64,000 nucleotides of DNA from Phoronis australis. Taxonomy: Eukaryota; Animalia; Phoronida. The notes beneath the pieces were generated by a model that worked only from the letters and a program-made list of their open reading frames with translations, was not told where the DNA came from and searched no databases. The DNA lies in the NCBI GenBank assembly GCA_002633005.1, contig NMRA01000084.1, positions 420,320-484,319 on the forward strand, read 5' to 3'. Each line of letters starts with the position of its first letter. The first letter of the stretch is position 1. Positions 13,701-25,567 of the stretch are shown piece after piece. The translations under genes and the position numbers were made by a program.

Positions 13701-16700
13701 TAGGTGGCCATGAGTCGCTCGAGGTTTTTCAAATTTATTGTAAATATATATTGTCTCGCTGGCAACAGCGTTCATCAGGCACGCTCTCTTGTATACATGC
13801 GCAAGATTTATGCGCACGCAACCAGCGATAAGAGCAACTCGGATTCTTTGATCTAGTGACGGCTTATAATTGAGCACATACTCGGCTTCCCAGCCCAACA
13901 CTGAGATGGGAATACAATTGAATTCTCCGGCGTGCAGGGTGGCAACGTTTATTTCAATTTTATGGCGCAAAATGGAACATAAAAGTTGCGGTAAAAAATG
14001 CCTCCATAAATTATAGTTTACCAAGTGGTATGCTAGTTGCCAAGGAGACGAACGGGGATGTCTCCGTTTAGGGGAAGATAATGTTGACCGGAGCACCGAG
14101 TCCATGCAACAGTAATAATAATAATAACACGCCTGCAATATTGAGTTAAAAAACTTTCACAACCCTACATTCACTTTATCAATTGCCATGTAACTTCGAA
14201 CCTCAAAATACGTCCATTATAATCACAAGTTTGTTTTTGTTATCCTGCCACACATTGATTAGCCGAATAACACATTTCGACGTTTAAAACTAAAGATGAA
14301 CCAAAGACCACAATTTTCGGTGATTGCATGTCCTTGTCAACTTCCTTTTTATAAGGTCAAAATTCCAAGCTTAAACATTACGATGAAATTAGATTACAGT
14401 ATAATTTCATCAGTATAGTACACAATATGGCGAACAAATGAAATTGTATTTTCTCGGCATGCTCATCAACGATAAATAGCACAAACCATTTTCAAGTTCA
14501 ACCATCAAACATGTTGTTTCAGAAAAGTTTGGCCAATCTCAACTACATGTACGTTGAGAGACTCTGATTAATCAAAATGGGCAGTTTTGGCACTCTTCGC
14601 GGGAACCGGTGAGATATCACCTAAATGAAACATTTAAGAGGTTTGTGTCGAATTAAAAAAATGATATTCGATTTTAGTTCGGCTTGCATCGGCATACTTT
14701 TGTTGTTTTCAAACTGTGTTGCAGCATTTAGGTGAAATCGGGATTATAGGAGTACCATCTTTGGATACCATACAGGGCTCGACGCCTGCTAAGATGGTGG
14801 AATTTTGTGAGCCAATTGGATGTAGTGCCTCAGTTAAGTGTCTTTCGATAAGATATACTTTTTACTTGTAAATGTAATTATTTGCTGATATTATTATTAT
14901 TATTATTATTGCCTGATTTTGACTTTGCGTTAAGAAATATGTACACTCGGGCTTGCGTGACGTACCAATATCGGCACTTCACGAATTTAAACAACTGATG
15001 TTTGGTTTACATGTACTGTGTACAACGCAGTTGTCTGTTTTTATCACGTTATAATCCCCGTACTGTATCCGCCCCTTCTTGAACGAGACGTTTAGCAGAC
15101 AAGTCCGCACTGACATAATGGTGGTCCGATTTGCCCTTCATAGACGTCCTAAGTATTGAGGTCTTACCGATACCATTACGAACATTAGTTAAGGATTTTA
15201 TCGAGCTAATGACCTGTTAGTGCTTTTGCTCGACCCTGGTCTGAAGAGACCTCGCAATAGCAACGGGGTGTTTTATTTCCCAACTGTTACAGTTTATTGT
15301 CGTTTTATTGTAGTGTTTACGACCGTATTAATTAAGTTTGTTCTCATGAAGAGGCATTCAAATTTTTGTCAACAAGCAAAACTATTTCCCGTTGAATATA
15401 AGGCTTTATGTTTTTCACTGCAATTACAATAAATTGTTGGTTCTGCCTGAAATGTTTTACTGAGTTCAGAGGGCCCAGCACAAAATTTCCGAATTAAATG
15501 GATCAACAGAACAAAACATAAAACATTAAACCAGAAGATGACCTCATCGGAAGCAAATTCAAGCCTTGTCTCACTCCGTTCAATTGTCGAATTTCAAAAA
15601 ACACGTTCGGAATTCTAAATGTTTAATCACATTTGAAGACATTGGCATTTTGTCACAAATGGGTGGAAACAATCCATCATCACGATACCAGTACAAAGTA
15701 CACAGCTATCAAAACGAAAAGAATTAATAATGAATAAGGAATATTATAAATGGACGCAGCATAGCGATCTGAGAGTGTGCGTCCATGTTTCCTAGTTACT
15801 GAACGAATCTACCCCGTATGGGGTTTTCAACAGGCTACAACAAAGAATCCTTTTATTGCCGGATTTATTACAGCACAGGCAGAAACAACAAATGCTGTAG
15901 TAGGTTCGAAAAAGGACGTGCAAGGCCCTTCACCATATGCACACGTGAAGGCTGCCAATGAACTGTGCGAAATATTATTATAATTTGTAAATAATGCGCA
16001 AGCAGTATGGTAAAATCAATTTGCATAATTAATGATTTGGTAATTACCATTATAGTGAAGAATAATGTAAATCATAGGATGACAATTTACACACTTATAC
16101 ATTTAGTATTAGGTAAATACAAAGCTAGACGATTTATTTTTTTTAAATCTCCAAGGTATTAATCTTGCAACGTTGTCACATCTTGGAATTTTCGAGTTAA
16201 TGCCTTGCACTAAAATTATAATCGCAAGTACAATGCCTTTAAAGTCATTTTACGAATGATCTCGCAGAGTGTTACTGTAAGTTACTCCGGAGGTTTGAAG
16301 TTGGATAAATAACCATGAAACAAGTAAAATCATCCCAAATACGATAATAGTTCTGTTTCTTAGTTATTATGAACTAAAAACTGGTTTTGCTTTGAAGTAC
16401 ATTCTGCGTTTAGGTATTTGTGTATGGTGCCCATTATCAGAACGGTATTTAAAAACGAAACCCGATCATTGTTTGCAAATTGTCCTTTCTTAAGCAAACA
16501 ACTAATAAATAAAATTCCTTTATGTGTTGACTTTAACAAGACGAGGTTTTCATTTATCGCGATGATCACTAACAACGAGCGTGTTAATTACTTTTATGTA
16601 TTTGTCAATTGTGTTGATGGCCGAGCGAATGGCGATTTCGTAACCGATAGTCCGCCAACAGTAAATATAAAAACACATTAATACGTGCAAACATCAAAAC

Positions 16701-18879
16701 CAGGTTTCCTTGACTCAACTTTCGTGTTGATGGCACTTTAATTTTCACCTTGATCTTTACGCGACCCACGCTTTCGAAAAACTACTGTCTCAAGTTATGT
16801 ACGTTACTGTACATGTAATTAAGGAAAAAATGGAAGTTCATATGGTGTGCTTGCACAATTCTCATCACTTGGAGAACAGTCGAGATAGAATGGTTATCAT
16901 CTGCGCCGCCTGTTGAGTCTCGGTGCTGTGTCTCGATGTCTTTGATTTATAAATGTATGTATGGATGTCCTTCGAAATCGTTTCCCATTCTCAAACTCCC
17001 CAATATTACAGGTGCCGAGGTCATTGACGCATTTGCAACCACCTGATCATTTAGTATTTAAATCAGCATCCTCACAGTAAAGGTGAAAATAGTATTTTTT
17101 GTACACCAGCTGTGTTCTTCTCAACTTGAAAATAAATTATTTCAATTCATGTCTTGTACAAATTCTACCACACTTCTATGCAATTGTATGAACGAAAATC
17201 TTCCACCATGCCCTGCCACTACCCTCGTCGTGTTTGTTTGTCACTCATCCTCAAGGTAATTTGGCTCGTAATAAACAAGTCTGCATTCAGCCAAATGCAT
17301 CTACAAAACTGCTAAATGTAACTCAGTAAAATTTTATTATTTTTTTTGAAAATACAAAGCCCCCTGTGGAGTTTATTTTTTTGCTTTTATAGTAATTTGT
17401 CATCGATTAGGTTACGTGACCATTTAAGCGGTTAATCAAAAACCAACGTAGGAAACTATCAACTTCAATGTCATTAATTCTTAATAACAAAGTTAAAGTT
17501 TTCTGAATTATCTCATTTTCTTTTCATGCAAATTTTGACTTTTCCCCAAAAATTCATAGAGGTCCTGTTATTATCCCCTTTTGCAAAAATAAATCGCTTT
17601 AAAGAGCAATACTTAACAACGTTTAAAGAACAATGGACAAGGTATAATATCTGAATGTTTCACCTGAGATATGTTTCGAATGACGCCAACTTTGGACATG
17701 TTTTTCCTAGATTCTTACAAAGCCTTCAACTTAAAAACATACATTTGGAATGATACGAACCAATTTTAAATTCAAACGCGTGTCAACATTTGATTTGCCA
17801 TTGACTTGTGCTACCCATTACTGCATCATGGAAATGTATGTACGCATAAAGGTCCACCGAATTATCGTCGTAGCCAATTTTTTTACTGTAGTATTGTGGG
17901 GGCGCGGCTCTGGGCAGTAAACCCTGTGAGGACTGATTCGTTCAAACTACTCAGCTACAGCCGCCTGTAGGAGGACTGTTTCCTTTTGAAATGTAACTGC
18001 ACGTGTCAAAGCCGACCTCATTACTAACGTCATTATTGTCCTGGGACATTTGTCAGCGGTGAGGTTTGCTTTGTTTTACTTTTGGGTTAGCCAAATCTGA
18101 GCATTAATGGCGCCTTTAGGTTATGCAGGAAGTTATCGACAAGTCTGCATTTGATAAAATATCAAAAACTGTCGATTTTGAACCAGTAAAAGTATAGTTT
18201 GTGACAGAAGCATGACCGTAGGGAGTGATTTGCGACTTATCTGCCATGATTATGTCACGAGACCTGTCTGTTAAGCAAAATTTAGAAAAAAATATGAAGT
18301 GCATTGATAGCAAAACAACGGCGGAAAAACATGATGATGTTTTGTTTGATATAAATGTTCACATAAAAATTCAAAAAAGCTGTTTAGTAACACATTTCTA
18401 AATTATCATTTTGTATTCTTTCATGCAACTTTTGAGTATTCCATGAAATCATAAAAGTTTTATTTTTAATAGCCTCTCATGTAAATGTAGAACATTTTAA
18501 AAACAGTTCCTAAAAACACTGTTTTGGAGAAAACTGCATAAATCCCAGTACCTGTAAGTTCCAATTGAATCCGATTAGCCATTTCTGAGATGCTCGAAAT
18601 ATATCCACATTTGGTCATTATATGTTGGGTTCTACATGAGATTAGCAATTCTTGTGTGTGCACAATTGAACATGAATATGTCCGGGATAGGGTTCTTGCG
18701 TATTTTGTTATTGGGAATTCCCTTTGTGAGATTTGGATTTTTTAGATGCAAATGGCCTCATTTTATTGTTCATAACCCTGTTTCTTTAAAGTTACATTTT
18801 TTTTCTGTTGCGCAGTCTAGAAATCGAATTGAATCTTTTCCTTTCACAAAATTGGTCTCGTAAGAATTCTGAGCGTGGC

Positions 18880-18989
18880 CGTATTTCCGTTATCAGCAAA
18901 AAAAACGAAAGCATCGGCGACACAAGAATCCACTTTGGAGGTCATTGGGGGTTGACGGGCCTTTGACATGGGTTGATAACGGAAATACG
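18880..18989. repeat. 110-bp segment bounded by a perfect 16-bp inverted repeat
   Basis: CGTATTTCCGTTATCA (18880-18895) and TGATAACGGAAATACG (18974-18989). Confidence 0.8.
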
Positions 18990-19727
18990 ATTCCTATCGT
19001 GGTATGGAATATTATGCAATCGATTTGGTCAGAATAAAAAGCCTAATTGGATTTTTGGTTTGTAACCATCTTAAAACGATGAAATACAGATTAGAATAGA
19101 TATTAAACAACTCGTATAAATATTATTTCATTGTTTCTTTGGTTTCCCTGGTCACTTTGAAGTACGGTACATGTACAATTAACGCATATTAATGTAATTT
19201 GACATTTATTTCATGTCAGAAAGCGAATGCAAAGTGACTGTTTATGATATATTATATAGAAATATAATTATGAAACATGATATATTATGCGTAATATAAG
19301 ATGATAAGATTTTGAACCTGCTGTCAGTGGATTATTTGCAATCGTTGCAGAGGCAGTTGATCAATACCGAAAATGCTCGCAAAAACTTGGAGAATGCAAT
19401 TAAATTGAACTCCGTAATGACGTCTGGCCATATCACTAATGCATATTGCGATGGCTAGGCAGATGGACCGGCTACTTATATGGAGGGACACACCATTTCT
19501 GTTTTCGGTTTACCTCAGTAACATTGCCAATACTCGTTTTCTCCTTCAATAGCGGAAACATGGCTAAACAAATTGTGGAGTGCAGAATACCTAATTTTGA
19601 CCACTTTTTCTCGATTATTGACTTTTCGAAATATAGAAGGCGCTGCATTACACTTCTTGCGCAGCACGAAATGCAGTGCTTTGGTGCAACATTGCCACGA
19701 CACGAGAGCGCTGCGAAGGAACGTAGC

Positions 19728-19891
19728 CAGTGGCGGAGTTAGAGGATGGCCAAGAGGGCCATGCCCCCCCCCTAAAATTCTCCTAGATTACATTTGGCAG
19801 TTCGAGAGTGCGAATGTCTGACAGGCAAAATCCTGTCTAATACTCTTTTCTGCCCCCCCCCCACCAACACAAAATCCTGGATCCTTTCCTA
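19728..19891 (+). mobile_element. MITE family A copy with 5-bp TSD GTAGC
   Basis: Starts CAGTGGCGGAG and ends GGATCCTTTCCTA. GTAGC flanks both sides (19723-19727 and 19892-19896). The body is homologous to 22123-22282 and 52418-52557. Confidence 0.8.
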
Positions 19892-21986
19892 GTAGCCCTG
19901 CGTTGTGTACTTTGTATGCCAACCCTACCTGTCAGATTATCTCCACACGTAACAAGATGTGATATTTTCAAACGAGAAATACACGAAATTACCTTGTTAT
20001 ATCGTGAATCATAATCAATTCCAGGTGAGCATTCTTGCTTTGGATAATTTTTTCTGCTTCCCCAGCTTTATCGTATGTTGTCCCTTTCAGCCGAACTATT
20101 TTTTGTGACAGTTTTGAGGTATGCGCTGTGAGATGGTTCAGTGAATCTGGTATGCATGCTCTTGTTGGCATGCCGTGATTGAGAAGCGTACAGGAGTTCG
20201 GCTGTATATGTAGATTCATGTTTCTTCAAAATGACGGTTCCCGGTAGCTTTGCTGCATTGTAGGAGTCTGCATCGATTTCACGTAGTCCTCAAACAGTTC
20301 GGTGCAAAACAGATTGGATGGTAGCACTTTTGGACCACATTTGTTGAGTAAACAATAAAATTGCTTTCAAAATCTAGTGTTAGCTCGTGTCGAGGGTTGT
20401 CAAAGAACTGGTGCTTTAGGGCTGAAAACTGCGAATTTTTCGTTTTTGCCACCTTCCTTCTGCGCCCCGCTTTATTTTCGGTGGAGCGGGTAAAATCATG
20501 AGACGGCTAAGTTTGATGTGATCACGTTTAGGGTTTCTGACATGAAGAGGGTAGCAACATAACATTTTGTTCATACACGACCAGTGACAAGTGCACTGCC
20601 AGACAAAACCCACTGAGAACTGTGCAGCGCCCCCTTTTGTTTGATTGTGTTTGTTCCTTACAGATAGTGCCAGTGTGATTGAAAATTGTCTGCGGCAGCT
20701 ACATTTTTAATCGTGCGCCAAGTGTGTCAGGAAAACACGTGTCTTGTAATAGATTAACCAAACGATGAACTGTTGCGTCACCGATACGATTACGTTGTTT
20801 CTTCTACATCATTGCACTTGACTTCTATTTCTGCCGAGGATTTGGATTACACTTTAATATATTAAATGTTCCGATATATTTCAAGGCCGAAGCATACATC
20901 CAAAGAGCAGTTTTGGTCACATGGTGAACGTGACCAACACACGACCATAACAGACACAGCGCCACATTTTCATCAACGGTATTCGAACCTTCTTAAGAGC
21001 CCAAAATAAAAACGGAGTGGGTCAGGTTGGAATACAATTCTTTGGAATAGATCGATAAAGATTGATGATCAGTGGTGCTATGCAGTTCTTTCAAGTACAT
21101 AGTGCCCATAAATTGGATCCCTGATCTGTTCTACCCGCATCTGAAAGTCCCACGGTGCACACCTTTTTCAATGCGGATGCTTTGCTGCAAATGCAGACAC
21201 CCTTCAGAACGTGAATAAAATTTCGCAAAAAACCGGTGTATCTGAGGTTCAACAACATTTATATCCGCTTTGTAAAAAAAGACAGTCGTGAATTTGAGAT
21301 TTTGGAGAAAAAATGGCAAAAACACATTTCTTATTAAGATTTTGGCATCGTATTTGTTCTGGTGGACGTCAAGACAAAATGGCATGCTCCTGTTCAATTT
21401 CTTTTTCCTTGGGAAATATCGTCGACTGTGTTTCCTAAAGCTATCAGTGGTTTTTCTAAATTGCCTTAAACCAGAGTAGAAACAAACATTTTTGTTGAAC
21501 CAAACGTGTGATTTGGTGGAGATCAGCTAATCGAGCTGCTTGCCCTAACATGAATTTCTACCTAATGTGGACTGTTTTGTAAAGCGTTTTGAGACCTTTC
21601 GCCGAAACTAGGACTAGAAGTGTCAGGAATGTGCGAAGATTTGCGTGCAATCTACGATTAGCTAAACAAACCACATCAATTTAACTGTGTGGGACGTTTT
21701 TTTATATCCGCTTTTGTTGTCCTTATGAAATTACATGACAGGTAAAAACCCACACAATAGGTGGCGCGACAAACAAGTAACACTCGGGTGTTGTGCCAAG
21801 TTCGATCATGTTGGTTGGTAGGGTTTCAACGACACTTTTTCCAACGTGCATATGTAAAGCGGTTCACACTGTATGTATCGAAATGTTGCTAAATGCCATT
21901 TTCGAGTATGAAATGAGATTTGGGGTCGACTATTTCAAGCATACTAAAATTTTGGAAGATGATGTCGTAACAAGGTAATGACACGT

Positions 21987-22115
21987 TATGGGCGGCGCAG
22001 CACTAAAAACGTATGGTTATAGCTCCCCAACCCCCCTGTGAGGCACATGAGAACATGAGCGGCGCAACGCTAAAAACAGTGGGGGCTATAGCCCTCCCAG
22101 CCCCCTATGGTGCGC
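21987..22115 (-). mobile_element. MITE family B copy (dimeric, CATGGGCGGCGCA ends), truncated
   Basis: Two ~70-bp units (GGGCGGCGCAGCACT...GGGGGCTATAGCCC...CCCCCTATGGTG), the reverse complement of 48117-48261. Confidence 0.7.
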
Positions 22116-22122
22116 AAGTAAG

Positions 22123-22282
22123 CAGTGGCGGATTTAGAGAGGGGCTTAGGAGGTCAAGCCCCCCTAAAACTCTAACAGATTCCATTTGGCAGTTCGGGGG
22201 GGGCGAATGTCTGACGGGCAAAGTCCTGGGAAATACTCTGCCATGCCCCCCCAGCTAACTCAAAATCTTGGATCCGCCCCTG
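22123..22282 (+). mobile_element. MITE family A copy
   Basis: Imperfect TIRs CAGTGGCGGAT ... ATCCGCCCCTG; flanks GTAAG / GTAAC (4/5 match). Confidence 0.8.
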
Positions 22283-22354
22283 GTAACTGGCAAATAACTA
22301 ATGCTTGAGACCATGGTTGGCCCATAAATTGGCACGCAATGACATGCCAGTAGC

Positions 22355-22485
22355 CGGGGGGTTCGATCGATTCGAACCCACCTTCGCGGAAAAGGTCCAG
22401 CCCAGCCTATCCGTTAAAGATAGGATATAGATGGACAACAGCAACAATAACAACATTGTTGCAGCTACTGGTACTACTAACTACA
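22355..22485 (+). repeat. Dispersed repeat fragment (second copy at ~47500-47637)
   Basis: Both sites share GGGG..TTCGATCGA...AAAGGTCCAGCCC...TTAAAGAT.GGATATAGATGGACAACA...GCAGCTACTGGTACTACTAACTACA. Confidence 0.75.
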
Positions 22486-22601
22486 TTAACTAAGTGAGTA
22501 GTCATTTTTACCGGGAATGCTTGTACAAAAATTGATTATGCACCTTAATTTCAATCTTGAAATTTGCTTTTACTTGTGGAAATCCTCCGACATCGCAAAC
22601 C

Positions 22602-22746
22602 CATGGGAGGCGCACCAAAGGGGGCTGGGGGGAGGGCTATAGCCCCACTTTTTCAGTGCTACGCCTTATGTGGTCTATGGGCGGTGAATCACAGGGGGGC
22701 TGAGGGGACTTTAGACCAGACTTAATTCAGTGCTGCGCCGACCATG
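22602..22746 (+). mobile_element. MITE family B copy with 5-bp TSD AAACC
   Basis: TIRs CATGGGAGGCGCA ... TGCGCCGACCATG; AAACC at 22597-22601 and 22747-22751; two internal ~70-bp units. Confidence 0.85.
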
Positions 22747-23466
22747 AAACCGCCTGCCAAATTTTCTGAGTTGTTGGGATAAAGCTTTAGTTTGTCAATA
22801 GAAACTGTGGTGTCGCTGCTCGCTGAATGACGTACATGAAGTAATTCAATTTACATGTACTTGCAATCAATTCTCAGACAGCCAAATTAACTGCACCATT
22901 GACAAGACACTTCAAGCAGCAGTTTGAATATTCTGTACTCTTGGGTACGAGGGTTCTTTTACCGAAAGTGCACCCAGTTCTGAATTTGCCTCGTGACAGG
23001 TAGACACAATCGATCTATCATTCGGATAAAGTTCTGCCTCATCATCATGAATACTGTGCACTGCAGTTCAGTTCGCTCTACCCACAGTTCTCCCCGACAT
23101 TCTATACGTCAAATAACAGTTGTAGGGTAGCAGACATACTTTATATCGCCAGAGATGAAAAAGACGACTTTTCGAGCACTCGAACGAGTGACACCAACTC
23201 CACCCACACGGAAACTGGTTGGAGTTGAGTAAGAGAATAAAATGCGTTTTTTTACTCGTCTCAAGTGAGATTTTGAAACGGAGTTCCACTAAAAATTCCG
23301 ATTTTTAAAAAGAAAAACAAAGCCTATGGCGTGGGATCAACTGTAGATCGAGCTCGAAAACATAACATTTCCGCTTCCTTTCGTTGTGAACATAAATTAT
23401 CTGCGCTTGTGCTGTGCAGATTATTTCTTCGTCTTGGTGTCGGTTTTGGTTTGAATATCAAATTCA

Positions 23467-24774
23467 AACAAGAGCAACGCGGAGCTTTGAAATGCGCCCA
23501 CGAATGCATCGCAAATTGTGTGCTTTTAGGGGTTTTTGTTTGTATCATCGAAATGGCCACTAGATGGCACAAAATACGTCGAATAGGTCTGAAAATCAGA
23601 AAATGTCACCGATTTTTAAAAGAAAGCAATATTACCAAATTTCACTAAAATTCCTCGAGGAACGTCAAACGAAAAAAACTGAAACTGCCAATTTGGGACC
23701 ACAGTGGTCGTCGGATCCGTCTAAAAGTCATCATCTTCTATTGTTAACTTCATTTAAATGCACGCGCTAAATTTAATAAAGATCCTGTAGAGGGCTTAGG
23801 AGATACATGTATGGGTGCAAAAAACGCCACTAGGAAGCGCCACAGTACTCAAGTCACCGGAAAATCATCATCAAGTGTCCCCTTCATAAAAAGAACAAAC
23901 ATGCCAACTTTCACAATAATCCTTAGAGTGGTTTCGGTTGGCAGAGGGACGAACGCCAAAAAACGGACTCAAAAGCAACGAAAATGGCCGCTAGGTGGCG
24001 CAAACTACGAATCCATCCGAAAACGAGAGTATAGCGTCATCTAACTAATAGATGTCTATCTGCTAAATTTTATGGAAATTCGTTGAGGACGTTTCAAGAC
24101 ATAGAGGTAAACGTAAAAAACTAAAACTGCCACTAGGAGGCACACCGGTACACCGATCTGTACGAAAGTCGTCGTCGTACGTTGTCAACTTCATATAAAT
24201 ACATTTGCTAAATTTAATAAAGATCATGTAGAACGTTTAGGAGATAAAGCCCTTGGAGCAAAAACAAACAAAACTGCCACTAGGAGGCGCCACAAAGTCG
24301 TCCGACTCGGAAAATCATCGTCAACTGTCTTCTTCATAGTAAGAACACACATGCCAATTTTCACAATCATCCTTATAGTGGTTTGGTTGTTAGAGGGGCG
24401 GACGCCAAAAAACGACTCGAAAACAGTAGAAATGGCCACTAGATGGTGCACAATGCCTCGAATCCAGGATAGCGTCAACTCATTAAAAGATTCCTATGTG
24501 CTAAATTTCACAAAAATCGGTTGAGGACCTTTGAAGATACAGAGGCAAACGTAAAAAATTAAAATTGCCACTAGGGGGGCATAGTGGTATTCGGGTCGGT
24601 CCGAAACTCATCGCCCTCGTCAACCCCATAGGAACACACTTGCCAAATTTCAATAAGATCCTGCAAGGGGTTTAGGAGATACAGCCGCGGACGCCCGGAC
24701 GCCAAGACGCCCGGACTCCCAAACAGAGATGACGGCAATATGCGACCACATATAAATATTTGAGCGCATAAAAA
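23467..24774. mobile_element. DINE-1/HINE-like (Helentron-associated) non-autonomous element with an internal ~145-bp tandem array
   Basis: One end reads AACAAGAG...ATGCGCCCAC. The other end has a degenerate (GGACGCCC)n microsatellite (24689-24720), then a short inverted repeat TATGCG (24739-24744) / CGCATA (24765-24770) and AAAA. A central tandem repeat spans ~23550-24680. This is the DINE-1/HINE layout; the family assignment rests on architecture only. Confidence 0.65.
23551..24680 (+). repeat. Tandem array of ~8 monomers of 131-161 bp, with a ~440-bp three-monomer higher-order period and a CTCF-like motif in each monomer
   Basis: Motif starts at 23557, (23688 degenerate), 23827, 23988, 24130, 24277, 24436 and 24568. 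Every third monomer is the most similar (for example 23827 vs 24277). Confidence 0.9.
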
Positions 24775-25366
24775 GTAATTTTCTATGTCTGTGTGCAGAA
24801 GACGTGTGTCATATTTTGATTTCCCTCCGGGACCTGTTCCAAAATATGACAAAATTTTGTCTTATTCTCACTTCACAATTATCAAATAAAGGTTTAGTCA
24901 CGTGACAATATTATCACAGTACGGCCTAAAAGAGAAACATCGGCATGCACACTATTAGGAGTCAACAAATTGTAAAAATATCTTCGTTTATTGTAACATC
25001 GCTACGAGATAATTTCTACCAGGAATGTTCAACACGGTTGAGCTACATGTACAAACAGTCGACAGAACAAATAAGAATAAGTGTGTTTGTCGTACCATGT
25101 CAAATTATAGTGCTTCCAAAAAATAAAACGTTATAATTAAGTCGAAATAAATGCGTAACTCGTTCATACAAAATATTTACAGGATTGGAATGTGCATGCA
25201 TTATTTTGATGACGATACAATATGTATCGACATAATCGCAAATTGAAACTTGTTAAAGCGCAGTTTGAAATTTCATTTTGAATAAGCAAGTAAACCGAAA
25301 CTTCACTGTTAAAAAGCGTGGTTCGTCGTTTGTGGCAGAAAAGTCAACAAAAGGGCAACTGCGTCT

Positions 25367-25567
25367 TTATTTCCTAGCACCATCGACGGTTATTGCTCTT
25401 TCCCCATTGCCGACCGTCTGCTGCCCAAAGTTGTCCAACAAATGTTTGCATTGTTGAGCGCAACTAGGCACATAATCTCCCTTAGATGGATCATTTTCAT
25501 TTAAACTCTTTAAAGCCTTCATTTCTTTTTTCCACTTCATTCTTCTATTTTGAAACCATATTTTCAC
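25367..25567 (-). CDS. Antp: Antp-position Hox gene, coding exon 3 (helix 3 + C-terminus)
   Basis: Acceptor gtgtttcag|GTG AAA ATA TGG. Encodes [27 protein letters not shown]...ARK* and joins exon 2 in phase 0. Confidence 0.9.
   Translation of the reverse strand: MKIWFQNRRMKWKKEMKALKSLNENDPSKGDYVPSCAQQCKHLLDNFGQQTVGNGERAITVDGARK

Noticed and set aside
23551-24680. CRISPR-like array
   Set aside because: The context is eukaryotic, the inter-motif segments are themselves homologous rather than unique spacers, and there are no cas genes.
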